Assembly (NCBI GenBank): GCA_964016885.1
Contig: OZ024740.1
Location: 398,908,001-398,972,000 of the forward strand
DNA length: 64,000 nucleotides
From: Eledone cirrhosa
Lineage: Eukaryota
Reading direction: 5' to 3'
Of this stretch, positions 1-11,122 are shown piece after piece. The position numbers were made by a program, and so were the translations under genes. Each line of letters begins with the position of its first letter. The first letter of the stretch is position 1. The notes beneath the pieces were generated by a model. It saw only the letters and a program-made list of their open reading frames with translations. It searched no databases and was not told the DNA's origin.

Positions 1-10
1 GATGATGATG

Positions 11-43
<33 letters not shown>

Positions 44-50
44 ATAATAG

Positions 51-222
51 TTTCTACTTTTTGGCACAAGGCCAGCAATTATCCCAGTAATGTACTGGTA
101 CCTTATTTTATCGACCCCGTAAGGATGAAAGGCAAAGTTAACCTCAGCGGGATTTGAACTCAGACCATAAAGCGACGTAACTCTTTGCTGCAAAGCATGG
201 CGTCCGGCCCTCTACCGATACT
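51..222 (-). mobile_element. tRNA-derived SINE (Meta-domain-like core)
   Basis: Minus strand carries B-box GAGTTCAAATCCC followed by GCCTTTCATCCTTACGGGGTCGATAAAAT. More than 10 copies in the window. Confidence 0.85.
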
Positions 223-223
223 A

Positions 224-630
224 TATAATAATAGCATTAATTAAGATGCTGATGTTACATAAATTGTTTATTCATTATAATTATTTCAATGGTTCTCCCA
301 TGCAATTCAAGATGTGGTTCATGCATTTGTTGCTGTTATGAGACATATATCTGCTGGACGCACGAGCAGAAGGATGTGTGTTTTTTTCCTGCCGGCAGCA
401 TCTGAATTTCATCTGAGGATACCATTCTCATAACAGCAACAAATACATGGATTACATCTTGATTGCATGGGAGAACCGTTGAAATAATTATAATGAATAA
501 ATGATTTATGTAACATCAGCATTTTTATTAATATTATTATTATACTGAATCTCCATTGTAACTACAAACTACGAGTGTTGAGAGCTTTCTCCTGCTTGCT
601 CCTGTTTTTACCAAAACAATCTCTTCAGAA
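224..630 (+). mobile_element. Penelope-like fold-back remnant (inverted pLTR plus tail)
   Basis: Inverted arms 224-343 and 426-544, hammerhead motif in the direct arm, tail 545-630, TA-rich flanks. Confidence 0.7.
408..497 (+). ncRNA. Type I hammerhead ribozyme motif
   Basis: TTCAT-CTGAGGA(413-419)-stem II (TTCTC/GAGAA core, long loop)-GAAA(481-484)-TAATTA palindromic stem III-TA-ATGAA. The base of stem II is imperfect. Confidence 0.65.
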
Positions 631-754
631 TATACATACACACACACATATATATATATACAATGATAAACTTAGGAAAATTAACAAAGGGAGGACAAGA
701 CAACGAAGAAAACTAGGCAATATATAAATATATATATATATTTATTAAAATATA

Positions 755-1087
755 GGAGGCACATGGCTTAGTGGTTAGAGCATTGGCTTTGCAATCGAAA
801 GGTTGTGAGTTCAATTCTCAGACCGGGTGATGTGTTGTTTCCTTGAGCAAGACACTTTATTTCACATTGCTCCAGTTTACTCTGCTGTAGAAATGAGATG
901 ATAGGGACTGCAGTCCCTATCATTCCACTGCAAAGTGGTCGTGGAGGTGCCACGGCAAAAAAGCACCCAGCACTCACTGTAAATGAGGTTGGTGTTAGGA
1001 AGGGCATCCAGCTGTAGAAATCAAGCCAGAATCAGTTCCCGTCCCACCCTTGCAAGCAGGGAAAAAGTGGACGTAAAATGAAATGAT
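755..1087 (+). mobile_element. tRNA-head SINE with RTE-derived 3' tail
   Basis: A box TGGCTTAGTGG, B box GAGTTCAATTC, central CCTTGAGCAAGACACTT. The 3' part matches the RTE 3' UTR (4433-4480) and the RTE end at 2085-2133 (minus). Confidence 0.8.
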
Positions 1088-1090
1088 ATA

Positions 1091-1270
1091 TTTATTAAAA
1101 TAACAGATTAAATAACAGCAAAGAATCGCTGCTTTCACCCTTAACGGGATCTTCTGAAACTAAAAAAATTAATCCATTGAAATGTTTGTTCTATGGTTCT
1201 TATATATTTGATATATATTTATCCTTATCAAGCCCTCTTTGGATTTTAGTCTTCACATTTATTATTATTA
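1091..1270. mobile_element. Penelope-like remnant, same family as 35570-35760
   Basis: Shares GCAAAGAATCGCTGCTTTCACCCTTAACGG and an inverted tail with the 35.6-kb hairpin. Degenerate hammerhead on the minus strand. Confidence 0.55.
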
Positions 1271-1306
1271 CTATATATATTTAGTTTTATTTCAAATCTC
1301 TTTCAG

Positions 1307-1523
1307 ATTGTTATGAAGTTTGGATAAGAGAAAATGAATATTCAGCAAGTTTGGGCCTTTCTGGTGATTATTTCATGAAAGTTACACCAGGCTGCTTATT
1401 TTTAAAGAAAGAGTCAAGTAACAGCAACTATGAGTGGCCACTGTCTACATTAAAAAGGTTCTACGTCAAACCTCTGGTACCAAAAGACAATATGAACAAT
1501 ATTCTTATTATCGAAAGTGGATT
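1307..1523 (+). CDS. Internal coding exon of an IRS-type PTB-domain adaptor (DOK/FRS2-like)
   Basis: TTTCAG acceptor at 1301-1306 and GTAAGT donor at 1524. Open frame DCYEVWIRENEYSASLGLSGDYFMKVTPGCLFLKKESSNSNYEWPLSTLKRFYVKP...ILIIESG resembles the IRS-PTB core (WPLxxLRR...FEAG). Ends in phase 2, compatible with the exon at 9244. Confidence 0.8.
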
Positions 1524-1536
1524 GTAAGTATATTTT

Positions 1537-1745
1537 TGACTGTTGATGTTATTAATTGTCATCATCATCATTATCATCACCACCATCATCATCACCACCA
1601 CCACCACACAATACAGCATAACTACCATACTACACTCTACACAACATGTTATAACTACAACACTACAGCATAACTACCATACTACACTCTACACAACATG
1701 TTATAACTACAACACTACAGCATCTCATAACTAACACAGTACAGC
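1537..1745. repeat. (CAT/CAC)n tract followed by an ~52-bp tandem repeat (about 2.5 copies)
   Basis: CAGCATAACTACCATACTACACTCTACACAACATGTTATAACTACAACACTA is repeated directly. Confidence 0.85.
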
Positions 1746-1840
1746 CTACAGAACTCTGAGAGGGAGTGAGGGGGAAGTTAGTGGGAAGAACATGAAAGGA
1801 CGGAAAAAATAGAAATAAAAATAAATATAAAACATATATA

Positions 1841-2942
1841 TATAAATCAATGCAATGAGAGAAGGCACATAATATATTATGTCAGATAACAAGGGATAAA
1901 GTACTACCCTGGTAAAGCACATAAAAACTATGGATGGAGTGGTAAATACAAATTAATAAAATAATCAAAGTGTACATAACTCCACTATAGCGATATATAC
2001 CCGAACATAAGATATACGCTATACATATATTGGTATAATATATACATCACATACATGCATATATATATATATAATCATTATCATCATCATCGTCATTTTA
2101 CGTCCGCTTTTCCCTGCTTGCAAGGGTGGGACAGGTCCTATTCAGCACAGCATCTCTCCCCTTGTCACGGTCCTTCGTCATCTCCTCTGTGAGTTTCAGT
2201 GATCTGAGGTCTGCTCTCACCACTTCTGCCTATGTTTTTCGTGGTCTTCGTCTACTGTGTCTTCCTTCTACTGGGATTTCTTGGCACTTCTTTACCCAGC
2301 GATCATCCTCCATGCGCATCACATGTCCATACCATATATTTTATGTTTCGCTATAAAAAATGCGAAGAATCATAATACATGCAGGAGCTTCTCAATGGGT
2401 GTGACTGCTTCTTATGAGCCTCACATATTAAAAAGAGAGAGAGAGAAAATAAACTAACCTCCGAAAGCACATGGTTCCAATGAATGGGCAGTGCATATGG
2501 GTTAGCCCAGGGCAGCTTGAATAAGCTATTAGGTTGCAAATCAAGTATACAAAGGCTCAACTAAAACAATTAATAAATTAGGAGCCCAAATATGCCAAAT
2601 TAAAATATAGAGTTAGAAACTCACAATAAATCTCCTATGATCAAGGCAGCTAATGTGATGTATATATTAAACCAATATATGTATAGCGTATATCTTATGT
2701 TCAGGTATATATCGTTATAGTGGAGCTATGTACACTTTGATTATTTCAATAATTTGTATTTACCACTCCATCCTTAGTTTTTACGTGCTTTACCAGAGTA
2801 GTACTTTATCCCCTATTATCTGACATAATTTATTATGTGCCTTCTCTCATTACTATGATTTATAAAGGGCTTGGTCTCTCTTCCTTGAGCTTCCTTGATC
2901 ATAAAGGGATTTATTGTGAGTTTCTAACTCTATATTTTAATT
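1841..2942. mobile_element. Penelope-like remnant with two inverted pairs
   Basis: Inverted arms 1841-2050/2655-2864 and 2601-2646/2893-2942. Region 2463-2525 reads ESTWFQ*MGSAYGLAQGSLNK, resembling the PLE GIY-YIG C-terminus (ExxWIxxL...GLN). Confidence 0.55.
2076..2335 (-). mobile_element. RTE LINE 3' fragment
   Basis: Minus strand reads MRMEDDRWVKKCQEIPVEG..RPRKT, with a (GAT)n tail. Same family as 22021-22291. Confidence 0.8.
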
Positions 2943-2960
2943 ATATATATATATATATAT

Positions 2961-4593
2961 AAAGTAAACCCCTATACTTAGCTTTTGTTGACTTGGAGAA
3001 AGCATTTGACAGAGTCCCACGCCCCATTATCTGGTGGGCTCTCAGAAAACTAGGTGTTGATGAATGGCTTGTGAGAGCTATACAAGCCATGTATAAAGAA
3101 AGAGTCAGCAAGGTTAGAATTAACAACGAATATAGTGAAGAGTTTAGCGTAAAAGTTGGTGTTCATCAGGGCTCCGTCCTTAGCTCCCTCCTATTTATTA
3201 TTGCCCTTCAGGCTATAGCAGAGGAGTTCAAGACCGGCTGCCCATGGGAACTCCTATACGCAGATGATCTAACGCTCATAGCTGAATCAATGGCTGAACT
3301 AGAGAAGAAATTCCAAACATGGAAGCATGCCCTAGAATCAAAAGGCCTTAAAATTAACCTGTCTAAGACTAAAGTTCTAGTATCTAGGAAGGAAAATAGG
3401 GCACTGGTCCCATCTGGGAAATGGCCATGCTCTGTGTGTAGGAAAGGAGTAGGCAGAAACTCCATTTTATGTCCCAAATGCAAAGTATGGGTGCATAAAA
3501 GATGTGGGATCACAGGTAAGCTAACTAAGAATATAGATTTTATATGTGGCCGGTGCTCAGGTGCACTAAGTAGCAGCAAGTGCCCACAGAATACTAGCTT
3601 ATTCTATTGCACAGATGGTTCTATAGAAATAGTGGACACCTTCCGTTACCTGGGTGACAAAATCAGCAGTGGTGGAGGGTGCTCTGAAAGTACAGTAACT
3701 AGAGTCAGAACGGGATGGAAAAAGTTCAGAGAGCTTATACCACTATTGGCCGCTAAAGGTTTCTCTCTAAAAATGAAAGGCAGGCTGTATGGTGCCTGCA
3801 TACGAACAGCAGTGTTACATGGCAGTGAGACCTGGGCATTGTGTGCAGAGGATATACGCAGACTGGAGAGGAACGAAGCTTGCATGCTCCGCTGGATGTG
3901 TAATAGTAATATACGTGAACGGCAAAGCATAAATGAACTAAGTGAGAAATTAGGAATAAGAGGGATCAGATGCTGTTTACTCGAGAGAAGACTACGTTGG
4001 TATGGTCACGTGATGTGCATGAAAGACGACAGCTGTATAAAAAAGTGCAGGGCGATCAAAATAGATGGTAGCCACGTAGTAGGCAGACCCAGAAAAACCT
4101 GGGACGACTTGATAAATTCTGACCTCACATACTTACACCTCTCCAAGACAATGTCACTGGACCAAGATCTTTGGCGCTACGCAGTAATACAGAAGATCCA
4201 CCTTGCCTAAGTACAAAACGAAACCTACAGTCAGTAGGCATCTCTTAACCAAAATACACCCCCGTCCCACTACCCCCACCCCATCCATACCACCCCTTTC
4301 GATGTAAAGTTATGTTGGTACCACAACATCCACTCCTAAATAAATGAGGTTGTGTAGGTGTCACGACAAAAAAACACACAGTCCCCACTGTAATGTGGCC
4401 GTGTAGGTAACACGGTAAAAACCTCCCAGTCCACACTGTAAACGTGGTTGGTGTTAGGAAGGGCATCCAGCTGTAGAAAACCCGTTAGACAGTCCTATGC
4501 GAGCAAGACAACCAATCTTGCCTCAAGTGGGAAAATTCCCGTCCAAACTCATGCTAGCGTGGAAGTTGGACGTTAAACGATGATGCTGATGAT
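2961..4593 (+). mobile_element. 5'-truncated RTE-clade LINE (ORF 2993-4210: RT with Cys-rich insertion)
   Basis: AFVDLEKAFDRVPR, GVHQGSVLS, LLYADD, FRYLG, RLRWYGHV and GRPRKTW motifs. The 3' UTR ends in (GAT)n. The 5' end abuts (TA)n. Confidence 0.95.
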
Positions 4594-4645
4594 ATATATA
4601 TACAATTTAGATGTTTAGCATTTGATTTGTTCATTGCTTCCTTAA

Positions 4646-4815
4646 CCCTTTAGCATTTAAACTGGGCGTATCCGGCCAGAATTCTCTCATCTCTTTCTTT
4701 TCAAACCAGCTCAAAATAAATAACCTCAAAATCTCATAGATTCAATATTATGTGATATAAAGCCTTTACGATGAAAATATAATAGTAAATATAGAGTAAT
4801 GTAAATGCTCAAGAG
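4646..4815. mobile_element. piggyBac-like MITE, copy 1
   Basis: TTAA|CCCTTTAGCATTT ... AAATGCTCAAGAG|TTAA. Confidence 0.75.
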
Positions 4816-5143
4816 TTAAACCTAAACTCATTAAAGTATAACATTCTTCATATATATCCTTATAATTGCCACCAATTATTGCCTTATCTTTCTCAATCAC
4901 AGACACTCACATATTTTTACTTGGTATTTCCTCTATATTTTTTCATCCATCTCTCTCCTTTCTCTGTTTCTGTAATGGCTCATTTTCCCCACTAGTCTTT
5001 CACCATCTCCATTTCTCTTACCAAGGGACATGTCATTCTGCTGTAAAAATCTTTGTTCCACTTACACTGGCTCTGTTATATATGCACAATTATATACCTA
5101 TCATTGTTATGGCAAAAGGTCAAGCTAAATCAGACATGTTTAA

Positions 5144-5351
5144 CCCTTTAGCATTTACATTACTCTATATTTACTATTGTATTTTCATGGTTAAATACTT
5201 ATCTCACATAATATTGAATCTATGAGATTTTGGTATTATTTATTTTGAGAACAATATCTTAACATAAGTATGAGCAACCAGTTACAGCCAGTTTAAACAG
5301 AAAGCAGTGAAAGAATTCTGGCCGGATACAGCCGGTTTAAATGCTAAAGGG
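5144..5351. mobile_element. piggyBac-like MITE, copy 2 (opposite orientation)
   Basis: TTAA|CCCTTTAGCATTT ... AAATGCTAAAGGG|TTAA. The internal sequence is the reverse complement of copy 1. Confidence 0.8.
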
Positions 5352-5825
5352 TTAAAATGATGAAACAGCTAAGCAAACAAAATAGAATGGAAAGCTCTTC
5401 CAAATGATGATAATGATGAAGTCAAATATGAGGATTGTTGTAGTTGTTGATGATAGTGATTATTTCTGTTTATAATAATAAAAAGGAGGTGATGGGGGTA
5501 TTGGACAAAGATAGTTGTTTCAGTTGTTGTTGCAGTGTCAAAGGAATCAATATTCAAGTTATGCTTGCATCAAAAGGCCCAATCTTTATTAAACTGGAAG
5601 TCCACGCAACAAGACTGGTTCTCCTGAACCTCCCATGACAACACCTACTTCTAGTGCCCCTCTACAAGTGCACTGCATACCTGCACACATTAGCGAATTG
5701 TTGAAAGAGACATGCATATAACTATAATGAACAGAAGTGCAGTGAGGACCAAACCCTAATGAACTCCTTGTATCATAAAAAAACATTAAAAAAAAAAATA
5801 TCATTATTTACGTCACTACCGTTTT

Positions 5826-5968
5826 GAGTCCAGAAATAGCTGTCGAAACGGCTTGAGCTCTGCCGTCGGGGTCATACTTTTTCCTATTTCCCACTCTACT
5901 ACCCTAAGTATTGAGTACTCTGGTGCGTTATGGTCCATCTGGTTCCTTACCACAATTCCTTTGTTATA
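5826..5968 (+). mobile_element. Penelope-like pLTR/tail remnant with the 3' half of a hammerhead
   Basis: GAAA-CGGC..GCCG-TC-GGGG (stem III plus GUC site). Same family as 39017-39225. Ends in (TA)n. Confidence 0.6.
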
Positions 5969-5982
5969 TATATATATATATA

Positions 5983-6212
5983 TTTAGGTGTATGGTTGCA
6001 AGAAAAATTGCGTCTGTAGCCGGTATGCCGGGTGAGCACTCAATGCTTGCGCAGAGCAGAGTATAATACTATAAGAATAAAGGAACAAAGAATCAGTGTT
6101 GCATCATAACATATTACACATGTTTCACTATCAATCAGCTCGAGAAATGATCTATTATTGACCGAACCTGACTCTGTATACAGAGTCAGGTTCCTTTATT
6201 CGTATAGTATAT
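5983..6212 (-). mobile_element. Small fold-back element (probable PLE remnant)
   Basis: Inverted pair 6066-6086/6190-6210, perfect palindrome GAACCTGACTCTGTATACAGAGTCAGGTTC at 6163-6192, minus-strand GAAACATGT and tail motif CATTGAGTGCT. Flanked by (TA)n. Confidence 0.5.
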
Positions 6213-6599
6213 ATATGTAATAAATATAGCAAGAAACAGTAAAGTAAACATTTTTATTTTAAAAAAGATACATTAGGTTAAAGATTTATAATTTTTGACA
6301 AAATGAAAATGAAAATAGATATTTGTTTAAATTCATTTGTTATTTAAAAGAACAATCAGTGATGTAAATTACGATTTTATTGAAAAAAAATATATATTTT
6401 TTTATTAAAGATAAGAGGAAGTAGTCCTGTAGAACTGCATTGTTTTGAAAGAGTAAGGAATATTTTTTTCTGAAATGTTTGACTTATTAACCTGGTTGTT
6501 TATAGATATGATAAGTAAACAACTTTACAGAATCTGGTGGGTGTGAAGAGCTTTTCCTTTATAATACTATCAGTATTTTAAAGCTTTAATATAATAATA

Positions 6600-7410
6600 A
6601 TAATTATTATTATTATTTTTTTTTTTTTTTTACCTTTTGTAAAGTTTCTCTAGAAATCAGTTGCTAGGTGAAATGTGTTAATTGGCCTCAGATCAATCAC
6701 TGATCTCAGAAGCTCAATATATTGTGTAGGATTCTGGTAGTGCTAGGGATGGTAGACATTTGGGTACTGGCTATGAAGTCGAGGATCCCAAGGCTTTTGA
6801 TGGAAGATGTAAGATGTTTAGGGACTGTACCTAGTGGCACAATTTTTGTCTCTACCTGGTCATCAGTTCTAATAGTGCCTGCAAGGTTTGCATTGTTATT
6901 GATCTTTTCCATTTCCTTTTCAACCACATTGTGGTTTTGAGGGATTGCAAAGTCCATTTTAGGGAGTTGTTTGTTTTTACAACAATATCAGGGCAGTTGT
7001 GTTGGACTTTGTTTGTAGTCTTGATTTTGAGGTCCTAAAATAACTTTACTCCCTCACCTGATAGGCAGGATTCAAGCAGAGTATGTTTGTACCACTGACT
7101 TTGCATTTTGATATTGTATTTTTTGCACAACTCCCAATGGACTCTTTTTGCCATAAGATCATGCTAAAATTGACGTCTTTTTACTAATTGCTCACATCCA
7201 CTAGTAATATGTGCCACAGATTCATTTGCTTTATAGCATACTCTGCAAAGTGAGGAACAATTTTGTATGAATACATAAGAAGAGTAAGGAACATACTAAA
7301 ATCACCTAAAGAGATCTGAAGGTGGAAGAGGTTTTATCAGTGTGGAGGACTGTGTTCAGATGGAGAAGAGCTGTTTACACAAATATATGTCTGAGAGTAA
7401 TGAACCAATG
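6600..7410 (-). mobile_element. Degenerate R4/Dong-like (RLE) LINE 3' end with an inverted upstream piece
   Basis: Minus strand has the CCHC and PDIVV..DFAIP..KEMEKI..IVPLG endonuclease. Region ~7310-7390 on plus reads EGGRGF.SVEDCVQME, as in the element at 29590-31450. Confidence 0.7.
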
Positions 7411-7414
7411 CTTT

Positions 7415-8450
7415 AGGCTTGAGGAAATGCAGTGGATTGCTGACAACTTCTCTCATGAATCTAAAGCTTTTGGTCTGACCATCAGTATTAAAAAGATGGA
7501 GCTTGTCCATCAGCCTTCTCATGACCATCATTCCGCTGTTCCTACTGTTTATGTCGATGGAAAGATCTTGAAAACTGTTTCCTCCTTCACCTATCTTGGC
7601 TCCATTGTATCCAATGATGGAAAGATGAACAAAGAAATAGAGTGCAGGATTGGGAAGGCTAACTCTGCCTTCGGTAGGCTATACCACAGGCTTTGGAATA
7701 TGCACAATGTCTCATTAAAAGTGAAAATTAATGTGTACATATACTCTATGGTGCAGCATCATGGACTCTGTACTGAAAGCACATCAACTAGTTCGATGCT
7801 TTTCACATATGATGCTTACGTACCATCTGCAACATAAAACTAACTAATCACATTAGAAACAGTGAGGTTCTGGCTAAATGCATCATATCAATCATTGAAG
7901 CTATCCTCATGAAATTCCAACTCAGGTGGGCAGAGCATCTTTCTCATATGAATGATAGCAGACTTTTGAAGCAGCTGTTTTTTTGGTCAGTTTCCAACAG
8001 GCAGGCCAGTTGGAAGACCACTCTTGCGCTTCAAGGACAAACTCAAGGACAATTTGAAATTATGCAACATCCTCTTCTTTGAAGGAGAAGAAAGCATCAG
8101 AACACAAGAGCTGGCACCAGTGCTGCGTCTCATCTATTCAAAGGTTTGAGCAGGGCTGACTTGAACATTATGACCAACTATGTGCAAATATCAATGCGTG
8201 CTGGCAGCATACTGCTCCTCAAAATGACAACCTTACTTGCCACTGTTGTTTTATTGCATGGAGCAAAGTGGGCCTTGCAGTCCACTTGTGGAAGCATATG
8301 GTGGGTGATCCACAGACTCTCAAACCGAATGAGTCTGTGACATGCTCCATTTGTCAAAAGATCTGCAGGTCAGCTGAAACATATGTGCATTCATGGAATC
8401 TAGATGCACTAAACATTTTTTTTTCTATTTAAAAAAAAATCCTTGCTGAA
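7415..8450 (+). mobile_element. Degenerate RTE (BovB-like) LINE 3' part
   Basis: FGLTISIKK, FTYLGS, RIGKANSAFGRL and QLRWAEHL motifs, with frameshifts. Confidence 0.85.
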
Positions 8451-9243
8451 TTCTCATTTGTTGTTTTCAATGAGAGAATCACCACCACCAACACCATATA
8501 TATATATATGTGTGTGTATATATATATATATGCTAAGGCCTAGGAAATAGAAACAGATAAAGTTTTCATTAGGTTGCTGTACTGAGTTCAAATTCTTTTG
8601 TGGATTAAGAGAAGGCATTAGATACCATGTGATAACCATGTGTCCAGAAAGTTGCAGGTAAGTTGATAATTGCCTTAATGTTAAGGTAATTGATGTCTAA
8701 TAGTCCTGCCGACTTAGATATGAATAGATAAGTAGAAGCTAGAAAGGATGCTAACATGACCATATGGTTAAGAAGTCCATTACACAATCATGGTGCACCT
8801 TGGGCAAGTGTCTTTTACCAAGTCTTGTGAGTGAAACCTGGTAAAGAGAAACTGAGCGGAAACCCAGCAAATAGAATGTTTATTATTGGCTGATAGACTT
8901 AATCAGCCCTTCTGTATCTGAATAATCCATAAAATATATACAATACCAGCACAGTATATCAGTAGCTCACAGTGCTAAATTTGGATGAACTTGAGCTATG
9001 GTAAAAAATTAATATGGCTCTTCTTTCAATTCTGTCACTACTACTAGAAGTATAAAATAAATGAGCCTCCATAACATTAAAAAAAATATACTATATTTAC
9101 CTCACTTGAATAGATATTCAGTTGTATTTGTCTCTAAATAACAATGAACTTTGTTTCCAAAACTGCATTGTATATGCTAAATGTAATTAACTTCCTTTTA
9201 AAATAATTTTGTTTTTCATTTCTCTTAAAATATATTTATTTAG

Positions 9244-11122
9244 GGTGACCAATATTGGTGAAGCAAGGCTGATATTTGTTTCCCCTCGAGCTGAGCAAAT
9301 TCTGGCTACAATTCGCACCAATATCTATATAGCAATGAAACAGAAAGACAATGATAGTGCTGCATCTCCAAATATAAGAGATGCTTTAGACTGGGAAAGA
9401 GCTTCTCTTAGATCATTAACACTTAACCAAAATCCTCAACTAATGAAGAACTTGAGACGAGAAATATCATATGATCCAAGTATATCAGGCTCTTTGAGAA
9501 GAAATGCTCATGAAGAATTTAAAGGATACCAGGAGCAAGATTTTTCCATATCTACTGGTCCTCCTCCAAAGCCTGCCAGATCTTGGTTGTATATTCCTAG
9601 CTCATCTTCTTCAGTTACCTCTGAAACATTATCATGCCCTGATAAAGTAGCAATGCGTTATGATATGACTGGTGAAATCTTTAACCGAAAATGTAATTTT
9701 CGACACAGTGATTCAGAGCTGAAACCTCACTTAAATGTCAACATCCCCCAGGAGATAATGGATGAAAGTAACAATGTATGTCAAATCAAGACTCCAACTG
9801 AAATGAAAGGGTCAGTTTGCTCCAGAGATTCTGGAATTATGTCTGTATCTGAATATCCATGTCAAGATTTAGAAACTATTAGAGACTATCGTTGCCACAC
9901 TTTACGATCAAATTCAACAGATAGTGCTGTATCTCTGCAATATGAACGTCAAAGATCACAAACCCAAAACAAAATGTCTCTAAATAGTCCCATACTAGAA
10001 AGAAGTTTAAAGCTGCCACCAACGGCAGATTCTTTGGAAGTTCAGTCTAATTGCAACAATATTTACTGGGATATTGACTCCAGTAATGTATCACAGGAAA
10101 TAGAGCCTGATATTGAAGAGAAAAAACAATTTCTTTCACCAAAGGCACGATCAGAATTGAATCTTTCTTGTAAAAAGATCAAAGAAGAAGATGAAAATGA
10201 TAGTTTATCACAAAAAAGCAATCATGAGTACGAAGAGGTGAATTGTGTGAGAGAAAGCTGGACAGAAGAGAAAGTTCAACCTCCGGAACTTCCCAAAAGA
10301 CCAATGTCACTTCTGATCAATATGGATAAATTGCAACAGAAGCCCCCAGGAACTATAATGGAAAAGATTCAGGATTCATTGTTCCAAATATCTCCAAAGA
10401 TTAAAAGAAGAATAAATGACAAACAACAATTGAGAACGAAGAATTTGAATTGTATCATTAATGATTTCCGGACATTTTCTGAAAAGAATAATACAGATCC
10501 AGAAGATGGAACAACAATCAGAAAATACAAGAAAGAATTCAAGCGTCGTGATAGTGACATTGTTGTAGATTTTCAGAGAGAAAAAGCTATATCAGAATGG
10601 CGTGATAACCGTATTCTACATTCCTTTTCTGCTTCAGATGCTTCACAGTTGTTTTGGAATGAAGAAGAGACAAAAGAAGGTGTTTTTGTTGTTGAACAAA
10701 ATATTCCTGAGAAGGAAACGTTTAGAACAAGGGATCCATTTGGTCTACTCCCTGAACAAAAAATTAGACAGCCAATTGAACATGATTTCATTTCTGAAAC
10801 TGCTCTCGATTTAAAACGACGATGTTGCAGTATAGGCCCTGACACAGAATCTAATTCTGCTTCCAGTGATAATGACTCAGATTATGAGCTCACATTTCGT
10901 AGGCGGACAATGTCACTTGAAAGTAAACTTGGGCGCCAGATGATTCTGAAGAAAGTCAATCAGTGGAAAAATGATAATTTTTTATGGAAGGCTTTGCCAC
11001 ATACTGATAAAAATACCTTCTTGTCATCTTCAGATGAGAATTCCTCACAATATATTGATATGGCTGGTAATTTACTTTTGCAGAATACAGCTGAGATAAA
11101 AGAAGAAACCAGGAATCAGTGA
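9244..11122 (+). CDS. Terminal coding exon of the same PTB adaptor (end of the PTB domain plus a long low-complexity Tyr/Pro-motif tail)
   Basis: Pyrimidine tract and TAG acceptor at 9241-9243. TT+G splices to give ...ESGLVTNIGEARLIFVSPRAEQILATI, matching the PTB C-terminal GEGxFxF..A..I pattern. Open to TGA at 11122. Motifs PPPKPAR, PPELPKRP, YWDI, YEEV, YELT and YIDM. AATAAA candidates near 11923 and 12030. Confidence 0.85.

Noticed and set aside
1841-2942. Hammerhead in this PLE-like inverted repeat
   Set aside because: No CUGANGA...GAAA arrangement was found on either strand.
9209-9243. Start codon of the 637-aa ORF
   Set aside because: The TTG start lies in the intron pyrimidine tract. 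The exon begins at 9244.
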